From assembly GCA_041497895.1 (NCBI GenBank), contig JBGQHJ010000035.1, positions 1 through 34,752 on the forward strand: DNA of 34,752 bases, written 5' to 3'. This stretch comes from Candidatus Methylomirabilia bacterium. GTDB lineage: Bacteria; Methylomirabilota; Methylomirabilia; Rokubacteriales; CSP1-6. Under the pieces are notes generated by a model that was given only the letters and a program-made list of their open reading frames with translations, did no database searches and was not told the origin of the DNA. The number at the start of each line of letters is the position of its first letter. Within the stretch, counting starts at the first letter, position 1. Shown one piece after another: positions 7,554 to 18,325 of the stretch. A program made the translations under genes and the position numbers.

Positions 7554-9260
7554 ATGGAGACCGAAAACCGGAAGTCGAAGACCCTCGTCGGCGGATCGAA
7601 GGAGGTGGACGCCACCGAGGAGAGCATGGAGTACTGGTTCAACCGGGGCGTGAGCGACGTCGAGGAAGGCGAGGTCGTGCGCGGCCGGGTGGTCGAGGTC
7701 CGCGACAGCGAGATCCTCGTCGACATCGGCTACAAGAGCGAGGGCACGATCCCCATCGAGGAGTTCCGCCACGCGGGGAGCCTGCCCAAGGTCGGCGAGG
7801 AGATCGAGGTCTACCTCGAGTCCAAGGAGGACAACGAAGGGCTGATCGTCCTCTCCAAGGACAAGGCCGACAAGATCAAGGTCTGGGACCAGATCTCCAA
7901 GTCCCACGACAGCGGGACCCCGGTCGAGGGGCGAGTGGCCGAGGTGGTCAAGGGCGGCCTGGCCGTCGACGTGGGGGTGCGCGCCTTCCTGCCCGGCTCC
8001 CAGGTGGACCTGCGGCCGGTCAAGAACCTGGCCGCGATGGTGGGCCAGACGATCCGGGCCAAGGTGATCAAGCTCAACCGGCGGCGTGGCAACGTGGTGC
8101 TCTCGCGGCGCGCGGTGCTGGAGGAGGAGCGCGAAGAGAAGAAGAAGCACACCCTGTCGGTGCTGGCCGAGGGCATGGTTCTCACCGGCACCGTGAAGAA
8201 CCTGACCGACTACGGCGCGTTCATCGACCTGGGCGGCATCGACGGGCTGCTGCACGTGACCGACATGTCATGGGGTCGGGTGGGACATCCCTCCGAGATC
8301 TTCCAGATCGGCGACCAGGTCGAGGTGGTGGTGCTGCACTTCGACCGCGAGACCGGGCGCGTGTCGCTCGGCTACAAGCAGAAGTCGTCCGATCCGTGGG
8401 CCAACGTCGAGGACCGGTACCCGGTGGGGGCCAAGGTCAACGGCCGCATCGTGAGCCTCACCAACTACGGGGCCTTCGTGGAGCTCGAGCCCGGGGTGGA
8501 GGGCCTCGTGCACGTGTCGGAGATGTCCTGGACCCGGCGGGTCCGCCATCCCTCGAAGCTCGTCAACGTGGGGGACCCGGTCGAGGTCATGGTGCTCGAG
8601 GTCAACAAGGCCACCAAGCGCATCTCCCTCGGCATGAAGCAGGTGGAGAGCGATCCCTGGGCCACCATCCAGGAGCGCTACCAGCCCGGGGGGCGCGTGC
8701 AGGGCAAGGTGCGCAACCTCACCGACTTCGGCGCCTTCGTGGAGCTGGAGCCCGGGGTGGACGGCCTGCTCCACATCTCGGACATGTCCTGGACCCGCAA
8801 CATCGGGCACCCCTCGGAGCTGCTCAAGAAGGGGCAGCCGATCGAGACCCAGATCCTCAACGTGGACCGCGAGAACAAGCGCATCTCGCTCGGGCTCAAG
8901 CAGATCCAGCCCGATCCGTGGGACAGCGTGGCCTCCCGCTACCCGATGGGCTCGCGGGTCACCGGCAAGGTGGTCCGCCTCACCGACTTCGGCGCCTTCG
9001 TGGAGCTGGAGCCCGGGGTGGACGGCCTGCTCCACATCTCGCAGATGTCGAACCGGCCCATCGCCACGCCCGCCGACATCCTGAACGTGGGGGACGAGCT
9101 GACCCTCATGGTGATCCGCGTCGATCCCAACGAGCGGCGCATCGGGCTCTCGCTCAAGGAGCTGGCCGCGGTCATCGAGGAGCCGGCGCAGACGGAAGGA
9201 CGGGGCCGTCACAAGGGCCGCAAGCGGCGCGGCGGTGACGACTACGACGACGAGGAGTAA
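7554..9260 (+). CDS. rpsA: 30S ribosomal protein S1
   Basis: Six S1 repeats (VDIGYKSEG, AFLPGSQVD, YGAFIDLGGIDGLLH, FGAFVELEPGVDGLLHIS); purine-rich SD region AAGGAGAGGTGGAG. Confidence 0.97.
   Translation: METENRKSKTLVGGSKEVDATEESMEYWFNRGVSDVEEGEVVRGRVVEVRDSEILVDIGYKSEGTIPIEEFRHAGSLPKVGEEIEVYLESKEDNEGLIVLSKDKADKIKVWDQISKSHDSGTPVEGRVAEVVKGGLAVDVGVRAFLPGSQVDLRPVKNLAAMVGQTIRAKVIKLNRRRGNVVLSRRAVLEEEREEKKKHTLSVLAEGMVLTGTVKNLTDYGAFIDLGGIDGLLHVTDMSWGRVGHPSEIFQIGDQVEVVVLHFDRETGRVSLGYKQKSSDPWANVEDRYPVGAKVNGRIVSLTNYGAFVELEPGVEGLVHVSEMSWTRRVRHPSKLVNVGDPVEVMVLEVNKATKRISLGMKQVESDPWATIQERYQPGGRVQGKVRNLTDFGAFVELEPGVDGLLHISDMSWTRNIGHPSELLKKGQPIETQILNVDRENKRISLGLKQIQPDPWDSVASRYPMGSRVTGKVVRLTDFGAFVELEPGVDGLLHISQMSNRPIATPADILNVGDELTLMVIRVDPNERRIGLSLKELAAVIEEPAQTEGRGRHKGRKRRGGDDYDDEE
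8717..9041 (+). repeat. Perfect 64-bp direct repeat in rpsA S1 domains 5 and 6 (8717-8780 and 8978-9041)
   Basis: CCTCACCGACTTCGGCGCCTTCGTGGAGCTGGAGCCCGGGGTGGACGGCCTGCTCCACATCTCG occurs twice identically. Confidence 0.9.
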
Positions 9261-9266
9261 TCGCGG

Positions 9267-10172
9267 GTGGCATCCCGCGGACGGGTCGCCCTCGTCGCGC
9301 TCGGCGTCGGGGCGGCCGTCCTCGTCGTGTTCGTGGTCACGATCTGGCTGCTCATCGCGGTGACCGACGGCCTGCCCGGCGGCGCCAGGGTGGCCGTCGT
9401 GGAGGTCGAGGGGATCATCGGGACCGAGGTGCAGCGTGGCCTCGACCCCGAGGGCCTCGTGCGCACTCTCGGGGAATACCGCGACGATCCGGCGGTGCGG
9501 GCGGTGGTGCTGCGGATCAACAGCCCCGGCGGCGTCGTCGCCCCCACCCAAGAGATCTTCGCCGCGGTGCGCCGCCTGCGCGAGGCCAAGAAGCCGGTGG
9601 TGGCCTCGCTCGGCTCGGTGGCCGCCTCGGGCGGCTACTACGTGGCGGTGGCCGCCGACCGCATCTACGCGAGCCCCGGCACGTTGACCGGCTCGATCGG
9701 GGTGGTCATGCAGATGGCCAACCTCGAGGGGCTCCTCAAGAAGGTGGGCGTCGAGTACGTGGTGGTCAAGGCCGGCGCCTACAAGGACGTGGGCAACATG
9801 GCGCGCGCCATGACCCCGGAGGAGCGCCGAATCTTGCAGTCGCTCCTCGACGATGTGTACGACCAGTTCATCAGCGCGGTGGCCGAGGGGCGCGGGCTCG
9901 ATCCGCAGGCGGTGCGGGCCTTCGCGGAGGGGCGCATCTACTCGGGCCGCCAGGCCCAGGCCCTCAGGATGGTCGACGACCTGGGCGGGCTCGACGACGC
10001 CATCGAGGCGGCCGCGAAGATGGCGGGGCTGCCGGGCAAGCCCAAGGTCATCTACCCGCGACGGCGGTTCTCGCTGCGTGGGCTCTTGAGCAACGAGCTG
10101 GGTCTCGGGCCGGTCTCGCGCGTGCTGCCCTCCTTGGAGACGCTGCGCACGCCCCTCTATCTGATGCAATGA
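9267..10172 (+). CDS. sppA: Signal peptide peptidase SppA (S49, 36K type)
   Basis: N-terminal TM helix; LRINSPGG, AASGGYY, TGSIGV, KAGAYKD. Confidence 0.92.
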   Translation: MASRGRVALVALGVGAAVLVVFVVTIWLLIAVTDGLPGGARVAVVEVEGIIGTEVQRGLDPEGLVRTLGEYRDDPAVRAVVLRINSPGGVVAPTQEIFAAVRRLREAKKPVVASLGSVAASGGYYVAVAADRIYASPGTLTGSIGVVMQMANLEGLLKKVGVEYVVVKAGAYKDVGNMARAMTPEERRILQSLLDDVYDQFISAVAEGRGLDPQAVRAFAEGRIYSGRQAQALRMVDDLGGLDDAIEAAAKMAGLPGKPKVIYPRRRFSLRGLLSNELGLGPVSRVLPSLETLRTPLYLMQ

Positions 10173-10213
10173 CCGGGGCGAGGGCGGGGGTGCCGGCTAA
10201 CTACCCAGACTGC

Positions 10214-10243
10214 TTGACTAACTTTCGACTGCCATGGTACGGT
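10214..10243 (+). promoter_or_regulatory. Putative promoter for the ihfB-HIT-mutS operon
   Basis: TTGACT (10214-10219), 18-bp spacer, TACGGT (10238-10243) with an extended TG at 10235-10236, in an AT-richer intergenic gap. Confidence 0.5.
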
Positions 10244-10320
10244 CGCTTCCGTGGATCGGGCCGGACCGCCGATGGTCGCGACGGCCCGGGATCAGTGTCG
10301 GCCCTTCGAAGGGAGTCGCC

Positions 10321-10596
10321 ATGACGAAAGCGGAGCTGATCGAGGAAGTTGCCAAGGTCGCGAGCCTGACGAAGAAGGAAACGGAGCTCATCGTCAACAC
10401 CGTTTTCGACAACATCACGGACGCGCTCGGCAAGGGGGACAAGGTTGAGCTGCGGGGCTTCGGCAGCTTCCGCATCCGTCACCGGAACTCCCGCAAGGGA
10501 CGCAACCCCAAGACCGGCGACAGCGTCAGCGTGCCCGAGAAGCGCGTACCTTTCTTCAAGGTCGGCAAGCGCCTCCGCGAGCTCGTCAACACCTAG
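10321..10596 (+). CDS. ihfB: Integration host factor subunit beta
   Basis: MTKAELIEEV, VELRGFGSF, GRNPKTG, PFFKVGKRLRELVN; rpsA-sppA-ihfB context; GGGAG SD. Confidence 0.9.
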   Translation: MTKAELIEEVAKVASLTKKETELIVNTVFDNITDALGKGDKVELRGFGSFRIRHRNSRKGRNPKTGDSVSVPEKRVPFFKVGKRLRELVNT

Positions 10597-10600
10597 TCGA

Positions 10601-11086
10601 GTGCAGCAGCTCTGGGCCCCCTGGCGGATGGCGTACGTGTCGACCGCCGGCGGCCCCGAGGCCGCGTGCGTGTTCTGCGCGGCGCTGGCCGCCGGTGACG
10701 ATCGCCGGGCCCTCATCCTGAAGCGGGGCCGGCTCGCGTTCCTGATCCTCAACGCCTTCCCGTACGCCTCCGGGCACCTCATGGCCGTCATCACCCGCCA
10801 CGTCGGCACGCTCGAAGCGGCGACCGCCGAGGAGCTCGGCGAGGCCATGGCCCTGGTCCAGTCCGCCACGCGCGCGCTCGCCGCCGCCTACCATCCGGAC
10901 GGCTTCAACGTGGGTCTGAACCAGGGCCGTGTGGCGGGCGCGGGCGTGCTCGGGCACCTGCACCTGCACCTCGTCCCGCGCTGGAACGGCGACACCAACT
11001 TCATGTCGGCGATCGGCGAGACGCGCGTGCTGCCCGAGGCCCTCGAGACGACCTACGACCGGCTGGCCGCCGCGCTCGCTCCGTGA
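10601..11086 (+). CDS. HIT-family nucleotide hydrolase (Fhit/Ap4A phosphorylase-like)
   Basis: LWAPWRM.Y, CVFC, LNAFPYASGHLM, HLHLHLVPRW.GDTNFM. Confidence 0.9.
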   Translation: MQQLWAPWRMAYVSTAGGPEAACVFCAALAAGDDRRALILKRGRLAFLILNAFPYASGHLMAVITRHVGTLEAATAEELGEAMALVQSATRALAAAYHPDGFNVGLNQGRVAGAGVLGHLHLHLVPRWNGDTNFMSAIGETRVLPEALETTYDRLAAALAP

Positions 11087-13682
11087 GGGAAACCGCCGCC
11101 GAGCTCACGCCCATGATGCGGCAGTACGGGGAGCTGAAGCGCCGCTTCCCGGACTACCTGCTGCTGTTCCGCCTGGGCGACTTCTACGAGCTCTTCAACG
11201 ACGACGCTCACGTGGCGTCCCGCCTGCTCCAGCTGACGCTGACGTCTCGACAGAAGGGTGAGGGGGCGATCCCGATGGCGGGCATCCCGCATCACGCCGC
11301 CGACGGCTACATCGCCCGCCTCATCCGTGCCGGTCAGAAGGTGGCGGTGTGCGAGCAGCTCGAGGAGCCGGCCAAGGGACGCAAGATCGTCCGCCGCGAC
11401 GTGGTGCGCGTCATCACCCCGGGCACGATCACCGACACCCAGTTCCTCGACGGCGCCCGCAACAACTTCCTGCTCGCCGCGCACGCGACCGGCTCCGCGG
11501 TGGGGGTCGCGCTGGTGGACGTCTCCACCGGCGACTTCTGGGTGGGCGAGGAGCCGGGTGCGGGGGCGGCGCTGCTCGAGACCGCGCTGCTGCGCCGCCC
11601 GGCCGAGATCCTCCTCGCCCAGAGCGCGGAGCCCGGGTGGGTGGCCCGCTGGGCGCCGTCCGGCGTCCCGGTCACGCGCGTCGACGGCGGCGCCTTCGGG
11701 GTGCGGGCCGCGCGCGAGGTGCTGGAGTCCCACTTCAAGGGCGCGAGCCTCGACGGCCTCGGGATGAGCGCGCTCACCGCCGGGCTCCAGGCGGCCGGGG
11801 CCGCCCTGGCCTACGTGCGCGAGACCCAGGGCGAGTCGCTGGCGCATCTCACCCGCGTGCAGCGCCTGCTCACCGGAGAGGCCATGCTGCTCGACCCGAC
11901 CGCGGTGGCCACGCTCGAGCTGTTCGAGACCGCCCAGGAGCGGACCGCCAGGGGCTCGCTCTTCGCCACGCTCGACTCCACCGCGACCCCCATGGGGGCC
12001 AGGCTGCTCCGGCAGTGGATGCTGCGCCCCCTGCTGGACCGGGAGGCCATCCTGCGCCGCCAGGAGGCCGTGGCGGCCCTGGTGGACGCTCCCGCCGCGC
12101 GCGAGGCCTTGCGCCAGCGGCTGGGCGGGGTGGGGGACCTCGAGCGCCTCACCAGCCGTGCGGCCCTCGGGGTGGCCCACGCGCGCGACCTGATCGCGCT
12201 GCGGGCCTTCCTGGGGCGGCTGCCCGGGCTCGCGGAGGAGCTGGGCGGCCTGGGCACGCCGCTCCTGGCGACCCTCGCGGAGGAGATCACCCCGCTGCCC
12301 GACCTTCAGAATCTACTTGAAGAGGCCCTCGAGGACGAGCCCCCGCTCGTCCTGCGCGAAGGCGGGCTCATCCGGGAGAGCTGGAACGCCGAGCTCGGCG
12401 AGCTCAAGCAGGCCGCCCGGCAGGGCAAGGCCTGGATCGCCTCGCTCGAGCAGCGCGAGCGGGAGCGCACCGGCATCGGCTCGCTCAAGGTCCGCTTCAA
12501 CCGGGTCTTCGGCTACGCCATCGAGGTGAGCAACACCCACGCGGCCCGGGTGCCGGCCGACTACCTCCGGCGCCAGACCCTGGTCGGCGCGGAGCGCTAC
12601 GTCACCACCGAGCTCAAGGAGTACGAGAGCCGGGTGCTCGGCGCCGAGGAGCGCATCGCCCGACTCGAGTTCGAGCTCTTCGGCCAGGTGCGCGCCCAGG
12701 TCGCGGCGCAGGCGGCCCCGCTCCTGCGCACCGCGCGAGCGGTGGGCACGCTCGACGCCCTGGTCTCGCTCGCCGCGGTGGCCCACGAGCGCGGATACGT
12801 CCGACCGGAGATCGACACGGGCTTCGCGCTCGAGATCGTGGACGGCCGGCACCCCGTGCTCGAGACGGGCGGCTCGTCGTTCACACCCAACGACGCGCGG
12901 CTCGATCCCGCCGACTGCCAGATCATGATCCTGACCGGCCCCAACATGAGCGGCAAGAGCGTGTTCATGCGCCAGGTGGCGCTGCTCACCCTGATGGCGC
13001 AGATGGGCGGCTTCGTGCCCGCCCGCTCGGCCCGCATCGGGCTGGTCGACCGCATCCTCACCCGGGTCGGCGCGCAGGACAACATGGCGCGCGGCCAGAG
13101 CACGTTCCTGGTGGAGATGGTCGAGACCGCCAGCATCCTCCATCACGCGACCGAGCGAAGCCTGATCCTCCTGGACGAGGTCGGCCGCGGCACCTCCACC
13201 TTCGACGGCCTCGCGATCGCGTGGGCGGTCACCGAGGAGCTGCACGAGCGGGGGCGGGGGGCCAAGGTGCTCTTCGCCACCCACTACCACGAGCTGACCG
13301 CGCTGGCCGACCGGCTGCCGCGGGTGCACAATTTCCACGTGGCGGTCCGCGAGTGGAACGACGAGATCATCTTCCTGCACAAGGTGCGGCCGGGCGGCAC
13401 CGACCGCTCGTACGGCATCCAGGTCGCGCGGCTGGCCGGGCTGCCTCCCGCGGTGATCGCGCGGGCCAAGGCGATCCTGGACGAGCTCGAGCGCGAGCGG
13501 AGCGGGCTCGAGGCCGCGGTCGCCCCCGAGCCGCCCGCGGGGGAGCCCGCCCAGCTCGGGCTCTTCCCGCCGGCCCACGACCCGCTGCTGCGCGAGCTGG
13601 CCGCGCTCGACACCGGCGCGATGACGCCGCTGCAGGCCCTCAACCTCCTCGCCGAGTGGCAGCAGCGGCTCAAGGCGCGCCC

Positions 13683-13686
<4 letters not shown>
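11083..13686 (+). CDS. mutS: DNA mismatch repair protein MutS
   Basis: TPMMRQY, GDFYELF, TGPNMSGKS, STFLVEM, LDEVGRGTST, FATHYHEL, SYGIQVARLAG. Confidence 0.97.
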
Positions 13687-15472
<1,786 letters not shown>

Positions 15473-15479
<7 letters not shown>

Positions 15480-16423
15480 GCCGGCCGCCACTGCTGGTCC
15501 TGGTCGGCCCGACCGCGGTCGGCAAGACCGCGGTGGCGGTGCGGCTGGCCGGGCTGGCCGCGATCGAGGTGGTCAGCGCGGACTCGCGCCAGGTCTACCG
15601 CGGCCTCGACATCGGCACCGGCAAGCCCACGCCGGACGAGCGGGCGGCGGTGGCCCACCATCTCCTCGACGTGGTCGAGCCGGGCGAGCGCTACCACGCC
15701 GCGCGGTTCCGGAACGACGCGCGAGCCGCGATCGCGGATATCCACGCCCGCGGGCGGCTGCCGGTGGTGGTCGGCGGCACCGGCCTCTACGTCCGCGCCC
15801 TGCTGAAGGGGCTCACCCCGGCGCCGCCCGCCGACCCGGCCCTGCGCGCGGAGCTGGAGACGATCGCGCAGGCGCACGGCAGCCCCGCGCTGCACGCCCG
15901 GCTGGCCGCGCTGGCGCCCGACGCCGCGCGGCGGCTGCACCCCAACGACCGCGTCCGGGTCGTCCGCGCGATCGAGATCCACACCCGAGGCGCGGGCGCG
16001 ACGGCGGGGGACGCGGACGGCGACTGGAGCGGCCCCGCGCGCGCCTGGCGCCTCGTCATGATCGGGCTCGGACGCGATCGGGCCGCGCTCAATGCGGCCA
16101 TCGCCCAGCGGGCGCACGCGATGCTGGCCCGTGGCATGATGGACGAGGTGCGGCGCCTGCTCGACGCGGGTCACGACCCGGAGCGGCCGCCCATGGACGG
16201 CATCGGGTACCGGCCGCTCGCCCTCGCCGCGCGGGGCGGCCTGCCGGTGGCCGAGGCGCTGCGGCTCATGATCCGCGACACCACGCGCTACGCGAAGCGG
16301 CAGATGACGTGGTTCGCGCGCGAGCCCGACATCCGCTGGATCGACGTGGAGGCGGCGGGCGGCGTCGAGGGCGCCGCCGAGGCGGTGCACAAGCTCATCA
16401 CGCAGGAGGGGCTGATCGAGTGA
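15473..16423 (+). CDS. miaA: tRNA dimethylallyltransferase
   Basis: GPTAVGKT, DSRQVYRGLDIGTGKP, VGGTGLY, TTRYAKRQMTWF. Start may be 15476. Confidence 0.96.
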
Positions 16424-17670
16424 GGTCACGCGAGAAAGCGGTGCTGGCGGCCCTGCGGCTGCCGAGCCAGCCGCGGGTGGTGGTGGAGGAGAGCCTCGAC
16501 GAGCTGGGCCGCCTGGCCGAGTCGGCCGGGGCCCTCGTGGTGGGACGGGCGACCCAGGATCGGCGGGCCCCGACTCCCGGGCTCTACTTCGGGAAGGGCA
16601 AGGTGGAGGAGATCAAGACCCTCTCCAAGCGTGAGGGCGCCGACCTCATGATCTCCGACGATCCGCTCTCGCCGATCCAGGAGCGCAACCTGGGCGGCTC
16701 GCTCGGGGTGCGGGTGATCGACCGCACCGCGCTCATCCTCGATATCTTCGCCCAGCGCGCCCGCACCATGGAGGGCAAGCTGCAGGTGGAGCTGGCCCAG
16801 CTCTCCTACCTCCTGCCGCGCCTGGTCGGCCAGTGGAAGCACCTCGAGCGCACCGGCGGTGGCATCGGCACGCGGGGGCCGGGCGAGATGCAGATCGAGT
16901 CCGACCGGCGCATGATCCGGCACCGGATCCAGAAGATCCGCGACGAGCTCCAGCGCGTGCGGGTGCATCGCCGCTTGCTGCGCGACCGCCGCAAGGCGAG
17001 CGGGGTCCCGGTGGTCGCCCTCGTCGGCTACACCAACGCGGGCAAGACCACGCTGCTCAACCACCTGACCGGCGCGGACCGGGTGGCCGCCGACGCCCTC
17101 TTCGTCACCCTCGACCCGACGGCCCGCCTGGTCACGAGCCCGACCCACGCCTCGTTCATCCTGACCGACACGGTCGGCTTCATCCGCAAGCTGCCGCACC
17201 AGCTGGTGGCCGCCTTCAAGGCCACCCTCGAGGAGCTGACCGAGGCCGATCTGCTGATCCACGTGGTCGACGCGAGCCACCCGGGCCTGGACGACCAGGT
17301 GCAGGCGGTGGAGGCGCTGCTGGGCGAGCTCGAGCTGATGGGCCGCCCCATGATCGTCGCGCTGAACAAGATCGACCGCCTCGAGCCCGGGGCGGCCCGC
17401 GCGCTCCTGTCGCGCTTCGACGGCGTCGCGATCTCGGCGCGCACCGGGGAGGGGATGGAGGCGCTGCGCGCCCGCATCGACCTGGCGCTCAGCCCCCGCG
17501 TGGGTCGGCTTACCCTCCGCATTCCCTACGCGGACGGGCCGGCGCTCGCCGCGTGCTACGAGCGGGGGCGGGTGCTCTCGCGCCAGGACGAGCCCGAGGG
17601 CATCCGGGTCGAGGTCGAGCTGCCGCGCCGGCTGATCGCCTCGTTCGAGGGGTACCGGCTGCCAGGCTGA
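16420..17670 (+). CDS. hflX: Ribosome-splitting GTPase HflX
   Basis: LILDIFAQRA, EGKLQVELAQL, GIGTRGPGE, VGYTNAGKTTL, DTVGFI, NKID. GTGA overlap with the miaA stop. Confidence 0.95.
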   Translation: MRSREKAVLAALRLPSQPRVVVEESLDELGRLAESAGALVVGRATQDRRAPTPGLYFGKGKVEEIKTLSKREGADLMISDDPLSPIQERNLGGSLGVRVIDRTALILDIFAQRARTMEGKLQVELAQLSYLLPRLVGQWKHLERTGGGIGTRGPGEMQIESDRRMIRHRIQKIRDELQRVRVHRRLLRDRRKASGVPVVALVGYTNAGKTTLLNHLTGADRVAADALFVTLDPTARLVTSPTHASFILTDTVGFIRKLPHQLVAAFKATLEELTEADLLIHVVDASHPGLDDQVQAVEALLGELELMGRPMIVALNKIDRLEPGAARALLSRFDGVAISARTGEGMEALRARIDLALSPRVGRLTLRIPYADGPALAACYERGRVLSRQDEPEGIRVEVELPRRLIASFEGYRLPG

Positions 17671-17687
17671 GATCACCACCCCGACCA

Positions 17688-17726
17688 CCCCTCACCCTCC
17701 CCTCTCCCCTGAGGGGAGAGGGGAGG
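17688..17726. repeat. BoxC/REP-like pyrimidine/purine palindrome
   Basis: CCCCTCACCCTCCCCTCTCCCC-TGA-GGGGAGAGGGGAGG; perfect 14-bp stem 17696-17709 / 17713-17726. Confidence 0.7.
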
Positions 17727-17729
17727 CGG

Positions 17730-17738
17730 TGCTACAAT
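17730..17738 (+). promoter_or_regulatory. Extended -10 promoter for pgsA
   Basis: TGCTACAAT ending 27 nt before the pgsA ATG. Confidence 0.55.
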
Positions 17739-17765
17739 CGGGCCTCGGCCCTCGCGGACCGTTCC

Positions 17766-18323
17766 ATGGGACTCCCCAACTGGCTCACGACGCTGCGTAT
17801 CCTGCTGATCCCGGTCTTCGTCACCCTGCTGGTCTACCGGCGGGCGGGCGTGGCGCTGCTCGTGTTCTGCCTGGCCAGCCTGACCGACATGCTCGACGGC
17901 TACGTCGCGCGCGTGCAGGGTCGCCAGACGCGGCTCGGGGCCTTCCTCGACCCGGTCGCGGACAAGCTGCTGCTGACGTCCGGCTTCGTCACGCTCACCT
18001 GGCTCAAGGTCCTTCCGTTCTGGATCACCGCGGTGGTGGTGAGCCGTGACGTGGTCCTGAGCATCGGCGTGCTCGTCATCCACGTGGCCGGGGGCACCGT
18101 GCACCCCTCGCCGACCTGGGTCGGCAAGATGTCGACCGTCTTCCAGATGGCGCTCGTGCTCGCCGCGATGGCGTCGACCTACTTCCAGCTCGTCCCGCCG
18201 TTCGTGACCAAGCTCCTGGCCTGGGTCACCGCCGGCTTCACGGTGACCTCCGGGCTCCAGTACATCGTGATGGGGCTCAAGCAGCTCGAGGCGCCCACCA
18301 CCTCGGTGGGCGGACGGCTCTGA
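17766..18323 (+). CDS. pgsA: CDP-alcohol phosphatidyltransferase (PgsA-like)
   Basis: PNWLTTLR and the signature TDMLDGYVAR...LGAFLDPVADK; hydrophobic. Could be a eukaryote-type cardiolipin synthase paralogue. Confidence 0.85.
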   Translation: MGLPNWLTTLRILLIPVFVTLLVYRRAGVALLVFCLASLTDMLDGYVARVQGRQTRLGAFLDPVADKLLLTSGFVTLTWLKVLPFWITAVVVSRDVVLSIGVLVIHVAGGTVHPSPTWVGKMSTVFQMALVLAAMASTYFQLVPPFVTKLLAWVTAGFTVTSGLQYIVMGLKQLEAPTTSVGGRL

Positions 18324-18325
18324 CC

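Noticed and set aside
8717..9041. Direct repeats as a CRISPR array
   Set aside because: Only two copies, in frame within S1 domains; no spacer pattern and no cas genes.
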